Origin: Oryzomicrobium sp.
GTDB lineage: Bacteria > Pseudomonadota > Gammaproteobacteria > Burkholderiales > Rhodocyclaceae
Assembly: GCF_021287045.1 (NCBI RefSeq)
Contig: NZ_JAJTBG010000007.1
Coordinates: 84,340 to 148,339 of the forward strand
Length of the DNA stretch: 64,000 bases
Reading direction: 5' to 3'
Within the stretch, counting starts at the first letter, position 1. The number at the start of each line of letters is the position of its first letter. The translations under genes were made by a program, and so were the position numbers. The notes below the pieces were generated by a model, which worked only from the letters and a program-made list of their open reading frames with translations, searched no databases and was not told the DNA's origin. Below, in pieces: positions 32,331-41,477 of this stretch.

Positions 32331-33070
32331 CACGCGCTGACCTCGCAGTCGCCGATGAAGGTGTAGCCCTGGCCGTAACTCGGACGCACGGGAAATTCGA
32401 TGCCGCAGGCCTGCTGGACCTTGCGCCGCAGCCGGCTCGCGGCATTGTCTAGGTTGCGCAGGTTCGAGAGGGTATCCTGCTTGCCCAGGGCGGCCAGCAG
32501 CCTCTCCCGTTCCACCACCTCGCCGGGCCGGTCGAACAGGGTGGTAAGAAAGATGCGCTCGGTGTGGGTCAAGGGAACGATGAGGCCGTTGGGGGTTTCC
32601 AGGGACCACTGCCGTTCGCGCAGATGCCAGCGGTTCGCCTCGTCAGCCTGCCCGGCGGCTGGCTGCGCCGTACCTGCCATGTTCAGCCGGCGCAGCACGC
32701 TGAGGCAGGTGGCCTCTATCACCTCCAGGGGGCTGCGCTTCGAGAGATAGGCGTCCGCCCCCGCCCACAACCCGGTCACCTGGTCGGCGGCGGCGTCCAG
32801 GGCCGTCAGTATCACGATGCCGGCGGTGTCCTGGGCGCGCACGCGGCGCACCACTTCCAGGCCGCTGGCGCCGGGCAGGGCGATATCCAGCAACAGCAGG
32901 TCGAAATGCACCAAGGGCCAGACCTGGAAGAAGTCCTCGGCGCTCCCGAAGCCGCGGGCGGTCATGCCGCGCAATTGCAAAAACTCCACCAGATCAGCGC
33001 ACAACCCGGGGTCGTCCTCGACTACGGCGACGAGGGAAGGGGGAGGGGACGGCTTCATCTGAACCGGCAT
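32330..33070 (-). CDS. OmpR/PhoB-family response regulator
   Basis: Receiver domain (VAVVEDDPGL...LLLLDIALPGASG...LSKR) plus winged-helix output (LTHTERIFLTTLF...GQGYTF). Stop overlaps the kinase ATG (TGATG). Confidence 0.9.
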   Translation of the reverse strand: MPVQMKPSPPPSLVAVVEDDPGLCADLVEFLQLRGMTARGFGSAEDFFQVWPLVHFDLLLLDIALPGASGLEVVRRVRAQDTAGIVILTALDAAADQVTGLWAGADAYLSKRSPLEVIEATCLSVLRRLNMAGTAQPAAGQADEANRWHLRERQWSLETPNGLIVPLTHTERIFLTTLFDRPGEVVERERLLAALGKQDTLSNLRNLDNAASRLRRKVQQACGIEFPVRPSYGQGYTFIGDCEVSA

Positions 33071-33303
33071 AAAAGAATGGAGAACCGGCCAAGTTTAGCG
33101 GCCTGCCGCGATATGGCCAGATTTTGACAGCATCTGACAGAAATCAATTGGAATGTTGGCCCGGACAGCCCGTAACATCTCGTGGTTTTGGTCAAACGCC
33201 TCCAATACATGGAAACGCCGGGCAACGCATACAAACGTCATCAATTGGATAGGGTGGCCGCCGGGGCCTGCTGACCCCTCCGGACGATAAGGAAGATAAC
33301 GCT

Positions 33304-34989
33304 ATGTCATTGCTCTGCCGCGCCATTTTCGATTCCACCGCCCGTCCTGCCGTGAGCCTGTGCCTGGCGGCCTTTGCCATGGCAGCCACCGCCCAGGACG
33401 GCGCCGCCCAGTGGCTGCCTCACCTGGACTTCGAGGGCAAGCTCGGCAACAAGCGCAATATCGGCGAGGCGGACTTCTTCCTGCCCATCGCACAGGACGC
33501 CCGCACCCTCTACTTCGCCAACGTGCGTACCCGTTTCGACAGCGAGAGCGGCCGTGAAGGCAACCTCGGCCTGGGTGTGCGGCACATGCTGGAGAACGGC
33601 TGGAACCTGGGGACTTACGGCTACTTCGACCGGCGCCGTTCCTCGGACACCGGCTACTACTACAACCAGACGACCCTGGGCGTCGAAGCCCTGGGCCGGG
33701 ACGTCGACCTGCGTGCCAATGCCTACGTGCCGGTCGGCACCCAGACCCACGATCTGGGCAGCACCAGCACGGCAGCGCTGTCCGGCAGCACGGTCCAGGT
33801 GACGACCACCAACCGGGAAGAGCACTCCTTGCAGGGCTTCGACGCCGAAGCCGGCTGGCGCTTGCCGATCTTCGATTCGGAAGCGCGCCGCCAATTGCGC
33901 GTTTATGCCGGCGGCTACCATTTCAGCATGGCCGGCATCACCGTCGAAGGCCCCCGGGCCCGGGCCGAGCTGGCCTTCGAGGACCTGGGCTGGTTCGGGC
34001 GCGGCACGGCACTCTTTGTCAGTGCCGAGGCCCAGCACGACCATGCCCGGGGCAGCCAGCAGTTCTTCTCCGTCCGCCTGCGCATTCCCCTGGGCAAGGC
34101 CGACGAGGCGCGCAGCCCACTCTCGGCCCAGGCGCGGCGCATGGTGGCGCCGGTGGTGCGCGACGTCGATGTGGTGACCCAGCGTCGCGTCTCGACCCAA
34201 ATGGAGTCGGTGGATGCCGCCACGGCCAGCAACGCCGTCACCCTGGATGGCAAGGCGGTGACGCTGGTGAACAGCGCCACCACCACCGGCGCCAACCTGC
34301 AGAACGCCCTCGATGCAGCGGGCAACAATTCCACCGTGGTGCTGGCCGGCAGGTTCGACACCACCGCCCCCCTCGCGCTCAAGCCCGGCCAGAGCCTCAT
34401 CGGCCTCGGTAACCTGACGGTGACGACGCCTTCGGGCCATAGCGTCACCCTGGCCGCACCAGGGGCCACCTTGGCCTCGACCCTGTCGCCGCCCAACCTC
34501 GGTTCCCAGGCATCGGTGACCATGGCCAGCGGCAGCACCTTGCGCGGCATGACCATCAACGCCGCCAATACCGCCGCCAACGGTGCCAACACATGGGTCT
34601 ACGGGATCGATGCGAACGGCGTCAGCGGTGTGGTGATTGCCGGCAACACGGTGACGGCCACCAGCCCCGTCGCCTCGGCCATCGCCCTGCGGCTGAACAA
34701 CACCACCAACGCCACCGTCACGGGCAATAGCCTGACCGCCATCAACACCAATGTCGGGGGCGGCTCTGGCATTGCGTTGCAACTGCTGACCAACTCGACG
34801 GCACTGGTGAGCGGCAATACCTTGTCCGGCCAGGGGGTCGGTGCCTCGATTGCCCTCCACATCAGCAGCTCGACGCCCCTGCCGGGTTCCACCGGCAACA
34901 CCGTTCTGGCGGGCTCGTGCAGCAGCAGCGGTAGCGGCGGGACGATCGGCTATGTGGATGCCGGCGGGGTGGCCCACAGCTGCCCCTGA
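33304..34989 (+). CDS. inverse autotransporter (intimin/invasin-type beta-barrel) with beta-helix-like passenger
   Basis: Signal peptide, then a barrel region (NLGLGVRHMLENGWNLGTYGYFDRR...GVEALGRDVDLRANAYVPV) resembling the inverse-autotransporter beta domain. C-terminal half has repeats such as NTVTATSPVASAIALRLNNTTNATVTGNSLTA typical of a parallel beta-helix. Confidence 0.75.
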   Translation: MSLLCRAIFDSTARPAVSLCLAAFAMAATAQDGAAQWLPHLDFEGKLGNKRNIGEADFFLPIAQDARTLYFANVRTRFDSESGREGNLGLGVRHMLENGWNLGTYGYFDRRRSSDTGYYYNQTTLGVEALGRDVDLRANAYVPVGTQTHDLGSTSTAALSGSTVQVTTTNREEHSLQGFDAEAGWRLPIFDSEARRQLRVYAGGYHFSMAGITVEGPRARAELAFEDLGWFGRGTALFVSAEAQHDHARGSQQFFSVRLRIPLGKADEARSPLSAQARRMVAPVVRDVDVVTQRRVSTQMESVDAATASNAVTLDGKAVTLVNSATTTGANLQNALDAAGNNSTVVLAGRFDTTAPLALKPGQSLIGLGNLTVTTPSGHSVTLAAPGATLASTLSPPNLGSQASVTMASGSTLRGMTINAANTAANGANTWVYGIDANGVSGVVIAGNTVTATSPVASAIALRLNNTTNATVTGNSLTAINTNVGGGSGIALQLLTNSTALVSGNTLSGQGVGASIALHISSSTPLPGSTGNTVLAGSCSSSGSGGTIGYVDAGGVAHSCP

Positions 34990-35100
34990 TGGGGGTAGCA
35001 GGGCACGACGGGGACAGCTGATTCAGCGCTGTCGCCGTTCATACCCATCCTGCCTGGAAACCCAATAGGGACGCCATTGCCGGCCCATTGCGGGCTCGTT

Positions 35101-35330
35101 GCCAGCGCCAGGCGGCTCGACTTGCCTTACCTGACGCTACGCTACGCTACGCAGCGCCGGCAGCTTCTTCCCGCGCTTCTCGGCTCGGCCCTGACGCTAC
35201 GCTACGCAGCGCCAGCACCGGTCAGCAGTTCCGCCTGTTCATCGAGCACCTGCCCGACCAGGCCGGCGCCAGCCCGGGTGCCTTCAGCGCCTATGGCCTC
35301 AGCCCGACCGCCACACTGCCCTGGTTCTGA
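35101..35330 (+). pseudogene. cas6f: cas6f 3' fragment (relic), disrupted by a ~65-nt internal duplication
   Basis: Aligns by eye to 25300-25464. The last 42 codons encode the identical peptide LRSASTGQQFRLFIEHLPDQAGASPGAFSAYGLSPTATLPWF. There is no N-terminal 140 codons and no start or RBS. Confidence 0.85.
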
Positions 35331-35461
35331 CCCTTTTTCTTGCTCCTTTTCCATCTCCTTGTTTTTAAAGGAATTGGAAAAGGGGCGTTATTTTTGGGTT
35401 AAGCCTGGGGAAACTGTTGAAGTTCCTTGTCAGGCAAAGCGTTGGGGTAATGTTGTGGCTA
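35331..35461 (+). promoter_or_regulatory. CRISPR2 leader (131 nt), paralog of the CRISPR1 leader
   Basis: Same length and, by eye, about nine in ten positions identical to 25465-25595. Includes TTGTCA-15 nt-TAATGT at the equivalent position. Confidence 0.7.
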
Positions 35462-38400
35462 CTTCACTGCCGTATAGGCAGCTCAGAAAGTCATGTCCCG
35501 GTTCAGTTCGTCCGGGAATATCTTCACTGCCGTATAGGCAGCTCAGAAATATTAGGCAGAGAATCGCGGCAGAAAGCAGCCCTTCACTGCCGTATAGGCA
35601 GCTCAGAAAGAGCAGAAGGCGTAGAACTCGCCCGGGTCCGGCTTCACTGCCGTATAGGCAGCTCAGAAAGTTTAAGTGGCAAGCCGTAATATCCATTTCC
35701 GCTTCACTGCCGTATAGGCAGCTCAGAAATACGCGGATGGCAAGGAATATACCCCCGGCCACTTCACTGCCGTATAGGCAGCTCAGAAAGCCCCGATCTA
35801 CGACCAGGTCACCCAGCCTGCCTTCACTGCCGTATAGGCAGCTCAGAAACAGATCAGGTTCCGGATCAGTCGTTGAAGAGAACTTCACTGCCGTATAGGC
35901 AGCTCAGAAATTGGCGGCGGCGGACTGGGAGAGACGGTGGAACTTCACTGCCGTATAGGCAGCTCAGAAACGGTACGATCACGCAGCACTCGTCGATCCA
36001 CTCTTCACTGCCGTATAGGCAGCTCAGAAAGGCGGACTGCTTCCGGGTGTCCAGCTTCTGCCCTTCACTGCCGTATAGGCAGCTCAGAAAACTCGGGCCT
36101 TACCCGCACCCAATCGCCGCCACTTCACTGCCGTATAGGCAGCTCAGAAACGAACCACTCCGATCTCTCGAAAGTGTACGAGCTTCACTGCCGTATAGGC
36201 AGCTCAGAAAGAGAAAATTCCCGGCCGGCGAAATGGCCTCTGCTTCACTGCCGTATAGGCAGCTCAGAAAGGGACCGATGCCGAGGACGTATGGAGCGAT
36301 CACTTCACTGCCGTATAGGCAGCTCAGAAATTGATGTAGAGCTTGGCGTACCAGCGCTTGGACTTCACTGCCGTATAGGCAGCTCAGAAAGGTAAGCCGC
36401 CCCGTGGTGCGGTCCATATGCTCTTCACTGCCGTATAGGCAGCTCAGAAAAGCCGCCATCGTGCAGCCCCAGGGGCTGACCGCTTCACTGCCGTATAGGC
36501 AGCTCAGAAAGTCATGTCCCGGTTCAGTTCGTCCGGGAAGATCTTCACTGCCGTATAGGCAGCTCAGAAACGGGCGACTTCGAGGCTGGCACGCTGCTGG
36601 TGCTTCACTGCCGTATAGGCAGCTCAGAAAGGTACATCGTGTAGCCCATCCCAGCGAACGGCCTTCACTGCCGTATAGGCAGCTCAGAAAATGACGGAAA
36701 GCCCGAAAGCGGCGTCCCCGTGCTTCACTGCCGTATAGGCAGCTCAGAAAACTCCGAACCATTGCGCGTCCAGCACACCCCACTTCACTGCCGTATAGGC
36801 AGCTCAGAAAGGAAGCCAAAGCCGCCCAGGGTCAGGGCCAGCCTTCACTGCCGTATAGGCAGCTCAGAAAATTGACGGATGCAAGGGACGATTGCATCTG
36901 GTCTTCACTGCCGTATAGGCAGCTCAGAAAAGCCAGCGATCAGGACGGAGGCTTTTGACGCGCTTCACTGCCGTATAGGCAGCTCAGAAAGGTTCGTGGC
37001 TGCTGACGTGTGCCGGGCTCTCCTTCACTGCCGTATAGGCAGCTCAGAAAACTGCCGGCAGCTATGGAAGCTACCACCTGATCTTCACTGCCGTATAGGC
37101 AGCTCAGAAAAGCAGGAGGTCGGTATCCCGAGGTGTGATGTCCTTCACTGCCGTATAGGCAGCTCAGAAAGATACCCACCACGTCACGTTGGAAGAGGCG
37201 CTCTTCACTGCCGTATAGGCAGCTCAGAAATCGAAATGACTGAATGATCAAATTGGCAATCTCTTCACTGCCGTATAGGCAGCTCAGAAAGGCTACCAGG
37301 GCGCGGCCTCCGCCACCGGCGCCTTCACTGCCGTATAGGCAGCTCAGAAAAGGGCGTACCCCAGGATGTCCTGGGTGTTGTCCTTCACTGCCGTATAGGC
37401 AGCTCAGAAAAGGGAGGCCAGGCGGTCAGTCGACAGCTTCACCTTCACTGCCGTATAGGCAGCTCAGAAACCGAACGGGTGGGGCTGCCAGTGCTACATC
37501 ATCTTCACTGCCGTATAGGCAGCTCAGAAATGGACCTGCTGGACCACCACGGCCAGGGTCTGCTTCACTGCCGTATAGGCAGCTCAGAAAGTGTCGAGGG
37601 GCAGAAGCTGGACACCCGGAAGCTTCACTGCCGTATAGGCAGCTCAGAAATGCACCACGAATTCGACGGTAGCGACGACGCCCTTCACTGCCGTATAGGC
37701 AGCTCAGAAAATAGTAGCCGCCGCAGAACGAGAGGAATGTGCCTTCACTGCCGTATAGGCAGCTCAGAAAATCGTTCCCCGCCCTGGCCTGCGCCAGGGG
37801 CTCTTCACTGCCGTATAGGCAGCTCAGAAATGAAAGTCGTCGGCACCTACGTGTACGCCGAACTTCACTGCCGTATAGGCAGCTCAGAAATAGCCTATGT
37901 CGCAAGTCGAGTTGTTCCTTGGCTTCACTGCCGTATAGGCAGCTCAGAAAGGGCAGCACGTCCAATTCGCGGCGCCGACCGACTTCACTGCCGTATAGGC
38001 AGCTCAGAAACCCGAAGCAATGGTCGAATGGGGTGTGCTGGACCTTCACTGCCGTATAGGCAGCTCAGAAATACCCCCTGACTAACCCTTTCCATGCCCG
38101 GAACTTCACTGCCGTATAGGCAGCTCAGAAAACGTCGATGTCGCCCAGGGCGGCGATGTCCATCTTCACTGCCGTATAGGCAGCTCAGAAAAGGGGCGGG
38201 CCGATCAGATTGGCCGTCTTAATCTTCACTGCCGTATAGGCAGCTCAGAAACGAAGTTCTTTCGACCCACGGACCCGGGCAACCCTTCACTGCCGTATAG
38301 GCAGCTCAGAAATGGCCGCGCGCCTGCTCGAAGGCTTGGTCGGCCTTCACTGCCGTATAGGCAGCTCAGAAAGAAGAATTGCGCCTTTCCTGGCGTGCCC

Positions 38401-38972
38401 TGGCCTTCACTGCCGTATAGGCAGCTCAGAAAAGTTGGCTGGCTGCCGGCGTAAAGCATGCCGGCTTCACTGCCGTATAGGCAGCTCAGAAAAACCTTGT
38501 CCCTGCCGACAAGCCCCAGGATGTCTTCACTGCCGTATAGGCAGCTCAGAAAAAGTCCCCAAGATCAGCGATACCCTTGGGTTCCTTCACTGCCGTATAG
38601 GCAGCTCAGAAATCCGGCTGGCCAGCGGGACGACGGTTGAGAATCTTCACTGCCGTATAGGCAGCTCAGAAAATACCCGGCACACGCCGCCGCAACTACG
38701 GGGACTTCACTGCCGTATAGGCAGCTCAGAAATGTTTCGCTTCCTTCTTGAACGCCGGCGCCGGCTTCACTGCCGTAGACCGTACAACTTCCTTGCCCGC
38801 CTCCACTTCGAACGCCGGCGCCGGCTTCACTGCCGTATAGGCAGCTCAGAAAGCAAGTACCACACGCTCCGCGCGCGTGCCGTCCTTCACTGCCGTATAG
38901 GCAGCTCAGAAATGCTCGCGCACAACATCGACGCAGACGGCTAACTTCACTGCCGCACAGGCAACTCAGAAA
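35462..38972 (+). CRISPR. CRISPR2: 59 x 28-nt type I-F repeats, 58 spacers
   Basis: Same repeat as CRISPR1 with 60-nt period and three +1 shifts. One repeat (38765-38792) has a replaced 3' half. Degenerate terminal repeat at 38945-38972 (CTTCACTGCCGCACAGGCAACTCAGAAA). Confidence 0.97.
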
Positions 38973-39157
38973 TCCAGCTCGACCGTGAGGAATCGGCACC
39001 ACCGAATCACATCACCACTGTCGCTACCGTCTTTCCGCCCGACCGCGCCCCTCGCCTTCGCCGCATATCCTTAGCAGAATCCTTGCATTGCCGGCGGCGG
39101 TTCCCTTGCCTATAGTCGGCCGCCCGGGCCTTGCCGCCCTGCTTTCGATAATCTGCC

Positions 39158-41416
39158 GTGCCGCGTCAGCAACGCTTTCCCCAGCTCGCCCATTGGGGCG
39201 CCTTCACCGCCGTCGTCGAGGATGGCGTCCTGGTTCGCTGCGAGCCCTTCGCCCACGATCCGAACCCCTCGCCCCTGCTCGATTCGATTGCACCCATGGT
39301 CTATTCGGAGCGGCGCATCCGGCGTCCGGCCATCCGCCGCTCCTGGCTGGCGGCCCGGGAAAAGAGCGACCGCAGCCTGCGCGGCCGGGAGGATTTCGTC
39401 GAGGTGGGTTGGGACGAAGCCCTGGACCTGGTGGCCAGCGAGATTCGCCGGGTGCGCGAGACCCACGGCCCGGCCGGGCTGTTCGCCGGCTCCTACGGCT
39501 GGTCGTCGGCGGGGCGGCTGCACCATGCCCGTTCCCTGATCCGCCGCTTCTACTTTGCCGGCGGCGGGGCGGTGGACCAGGTGGGCAACTACAGCTGGGG
39601 CTCGGCCCAGTTCCTCCTGCCCCACGTCATCGGCACTTACAGCCCCCTCACCGGACGGGTCACCGCCTGGCCGAGCATCATCGACCACACCGAGGTGTTC
39701 GTCGCCTTCGGCGGGCTGGCGGTGAAGAACGCCCAGGTGTCCTCCGGCGGCGCCGCCGAGCATTCCCTGGAACCTTGGCTGCGCAAGCTGGCGGCCAGCG
39801 GCGCCCGGGTCATCAACATCAGCCCGACCCGGGACGATTGCCCGGCCTTTCTCGGCGCTGAGTGGATTCCCATCCGCCCCAACACCGACGTGGCCCTGAT
39901 GCTGGCCCTGGCCTACGAGGTGAAGCGGCGTGGGGCGGCGGACGACGATTTTCTCGCCCGCCACTGCGTCGGTTACCCGCAACTGGCCGCCTACCTGGAC
40001 GGCGCCGGGGATGGCGTCGCCAAGACCCCGGCCTGGGCGGCGGCGATCACCGGCATTCCGGCCGAGCGCATTGCCCGGCTGGCCAGCCAGTTGTGCGGGG
40101 CGCGCAGCTACCTGACTTGCGCCTACTCGGTGCAGCGGGCCCACCGGGGCGAGCAGCCCTACTGGATGGTCATCGCCCTGGCCGCCATGCTCGGCCAGAT
40201 CGGCCTGCCCGGCGGCGGTTTCGGCTTCGGCCACGGTTCCATGAACGGGGTGGGCAATCCACGCTCGTTCACCCCGGGGCCGGAAATGCCCCTGGGCGCC
40301 AACCCGGCCGGGCTGGCGATCCCGGTGGCGCGCATCAGCGACATGCTGCTCAACCCCGGGGCGGCCTACGATTTTTCCGGCCGCCGCGCCACCTACCCAG
40401 ACGTGCGCCTGGTGCACTGGGCCGGGGGCAACCCGTTCCACCACCACCAGCAGTTGAACCGTCTGCGCCAGGCCTGGCAGAAGCCCGAGACGGTGATCGT
40501 GCACGACATCTGGTGGACCGCCACGGCGCGCCATGCCGACATCGTGCTGCCGGCCACCACCTCCCTGGAACGCAACGACATCGGCGGCTCGTCCCGGGAC
40601 CGCTACGTGCTCGCCATGCACCGGGCCATCGCGCCGCGCCACCAGGCCCGGGACGACTACGCCATCTTCGCCGACCTGGCCGAACGCCTCGGCTACCGGG
40701 ACGCCTACACCGAGGGGCGCGACGAGGCGGCCTGGATTCGCCTGCTTTACGAGCGCTGCGGCGAGGCCCAGCGACGGGGCGGGGTTCCCCTGGACTGGCC
40801 TGATTTCGCCGCCTTCTGGCAACGGGGCTTCGTCGAGCTGCCGGCGCCCCGGGAGGATTTCGTCTTCCTCGCCGATTTCCGCGCCGATCCGGCGGCCCAT
40901 CCCCTGGCCACCCCGAGCGGACGGATCGAGCTTTACAGCGAAACCATCGCCGGCTACGGCGGCGCCGACATCGGCCCGCATCCGGCCTGGGTGCCGCCGG
41001 TGGAATGGCTGGGGGCGGCGGGGCCGGACCATCCCCTGCACCTGGTCACCATCCAGCCCGCCGACCGGCTGCACAGCCAGCTCGACCCGGCGCCCCTGGC
41101 CCAGGCCGGCAAGGTGGCCGGGCGGGAAGCGGTGTCCCTGCACCCCACCGATGCGGCGGACCGGGGCCTGCGCGACGGCGACGTGGTGCGGGTGTTCAAC
41201 GCCCGGGGCGCCTGCCTGGCCGGGCTGCGCGTCTCCGACGGCATCGCCCCGGGCGTGGCGGTGATGGCCACCGGCGCCTGGTTCGACCCGGACCCGGAGG
41301 AGGGCGGCCCGGAGCGCTCCGGCAACCCCAACGTGCTTACCCTGGATATCGGCACCTCGACCCTGACCCAGGGCGCCAATGCCATGAGTTGCCTGGTGGA
41401 GGTGGCGGCGGCGTGA
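39158..41416 (+). CDS. molybdopterin-dependent oxidoreductase, DMSO-reductase family (BisC/TorZ-like, no Tat signal seen)
   Basis: 752-aa ORF with GTG start. HWGAF...VEDGVLVRCEPFAHDPNPSPLL, SYGWSSAGRLHHA, VHDIWWTATARHADIVLPATTSLERND and a C-terminal beta-barrel motif (SLHPTDAADRGLRDGDVVRVFNARGA). Confidence 0.85.
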   Translation: MPRQQRFPQLAHWGAFTAVVEDGVLVRCEPFAHDPNPSPLLDSIAPMVYSERRIRRPAIRRSWLAAREKSDRSLRGREDFVEVGWDEALDLVASEIRRVRETHGPAGLFAGSYGWSSAGRLHHARSLIRRFYFAGGGAVDQVGNYSWGSAQFLLPHVIGTYSPLTGRVTAWPSIIDHTEVFVAFGGLAVKNAQVSSGGAAEHSLEPWLRKLAASGARVINISPTRDDCPAFLGAEWIPIRPNTDVALMLALAYEVKRRGAADDDFLARHCVGYPQLAAYLDGAGDGVAKTPAWAAAITGIPAERIARLASQLCGARSYLTCAYSVQRAHRGEQPYWMVIALAAMLGQIGLPGGGFGFGHGSMNGVGNPRSFTPGPEMPLGANPAGLAIPVARISDMLLNPGAAYDFSGRRATYPDVRLVHWAGGNPFHHHQQLNRLRQAWQKPETVIVHDIWWTATARHADIVLPATTSLERNDIGGSSRDRYVLAMHRAIAPRHQARDDYAIFADLAERLGYRDAYTEGRDEAAWIRLLYERCGEAQRRGGVPLDWPDFAAFWQRGFVELPAPREDFVFLADFRADPAAHPLATPSGRIELYSETIAGYGGADIGPHPAWVPPVEWLGAAGPDHPLHLVTIQPADRLHSQLDPAPLAQAGKVAGREAVSLHPTDAADRGLRDGDVVRVFNARGACLAGLRVSDGIAPGVAVMATGAWFDPDPEEGGPERSGNPNVLTLDIGTSTLTQGANAMSCLVEVAAA

Positions 41417-41448
41417 GGTAATTGGAAAATATTTATGGATTTGATCGA

Positions 41449-41477
41449 AAGGCGCCCATCGTTGCGCCTTTTTGTTT
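41449..41477 (+). terminator. rho-independent terminator after the molybdoenzyme gene
   Basis: AAGGCGC-ccatcgtt-GCGCCTT followed by TTTGTTT. Confidence 0.7.

Noticed and set aside
35088-35330. 80-aa ORF that might be read as a small gene in front of CRISPR2.
   Set aside because: Its 3' part is a copy of the cas6f C-terminus and its 5' part is a scrambled duplication. It has no RBS, and the apparent start is a non-ATG codon. It is treated as a pseudogene relic.
35417-39002. The same kind of periodic ORFs across CRISPR2.
   Set aside because: Repeat-derived artefacts, as for CRISPR1.
39088-41143. Alternative-frame ORFs (39088..39861 +, 39110..41143 -, 39862..40803 +) over the molybdoenzyme gene.
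   Set aside because: Pro/Arg/Gly-rich artefacts. The 39158..41416 frame carries the DMSO-reductase-family motifs.
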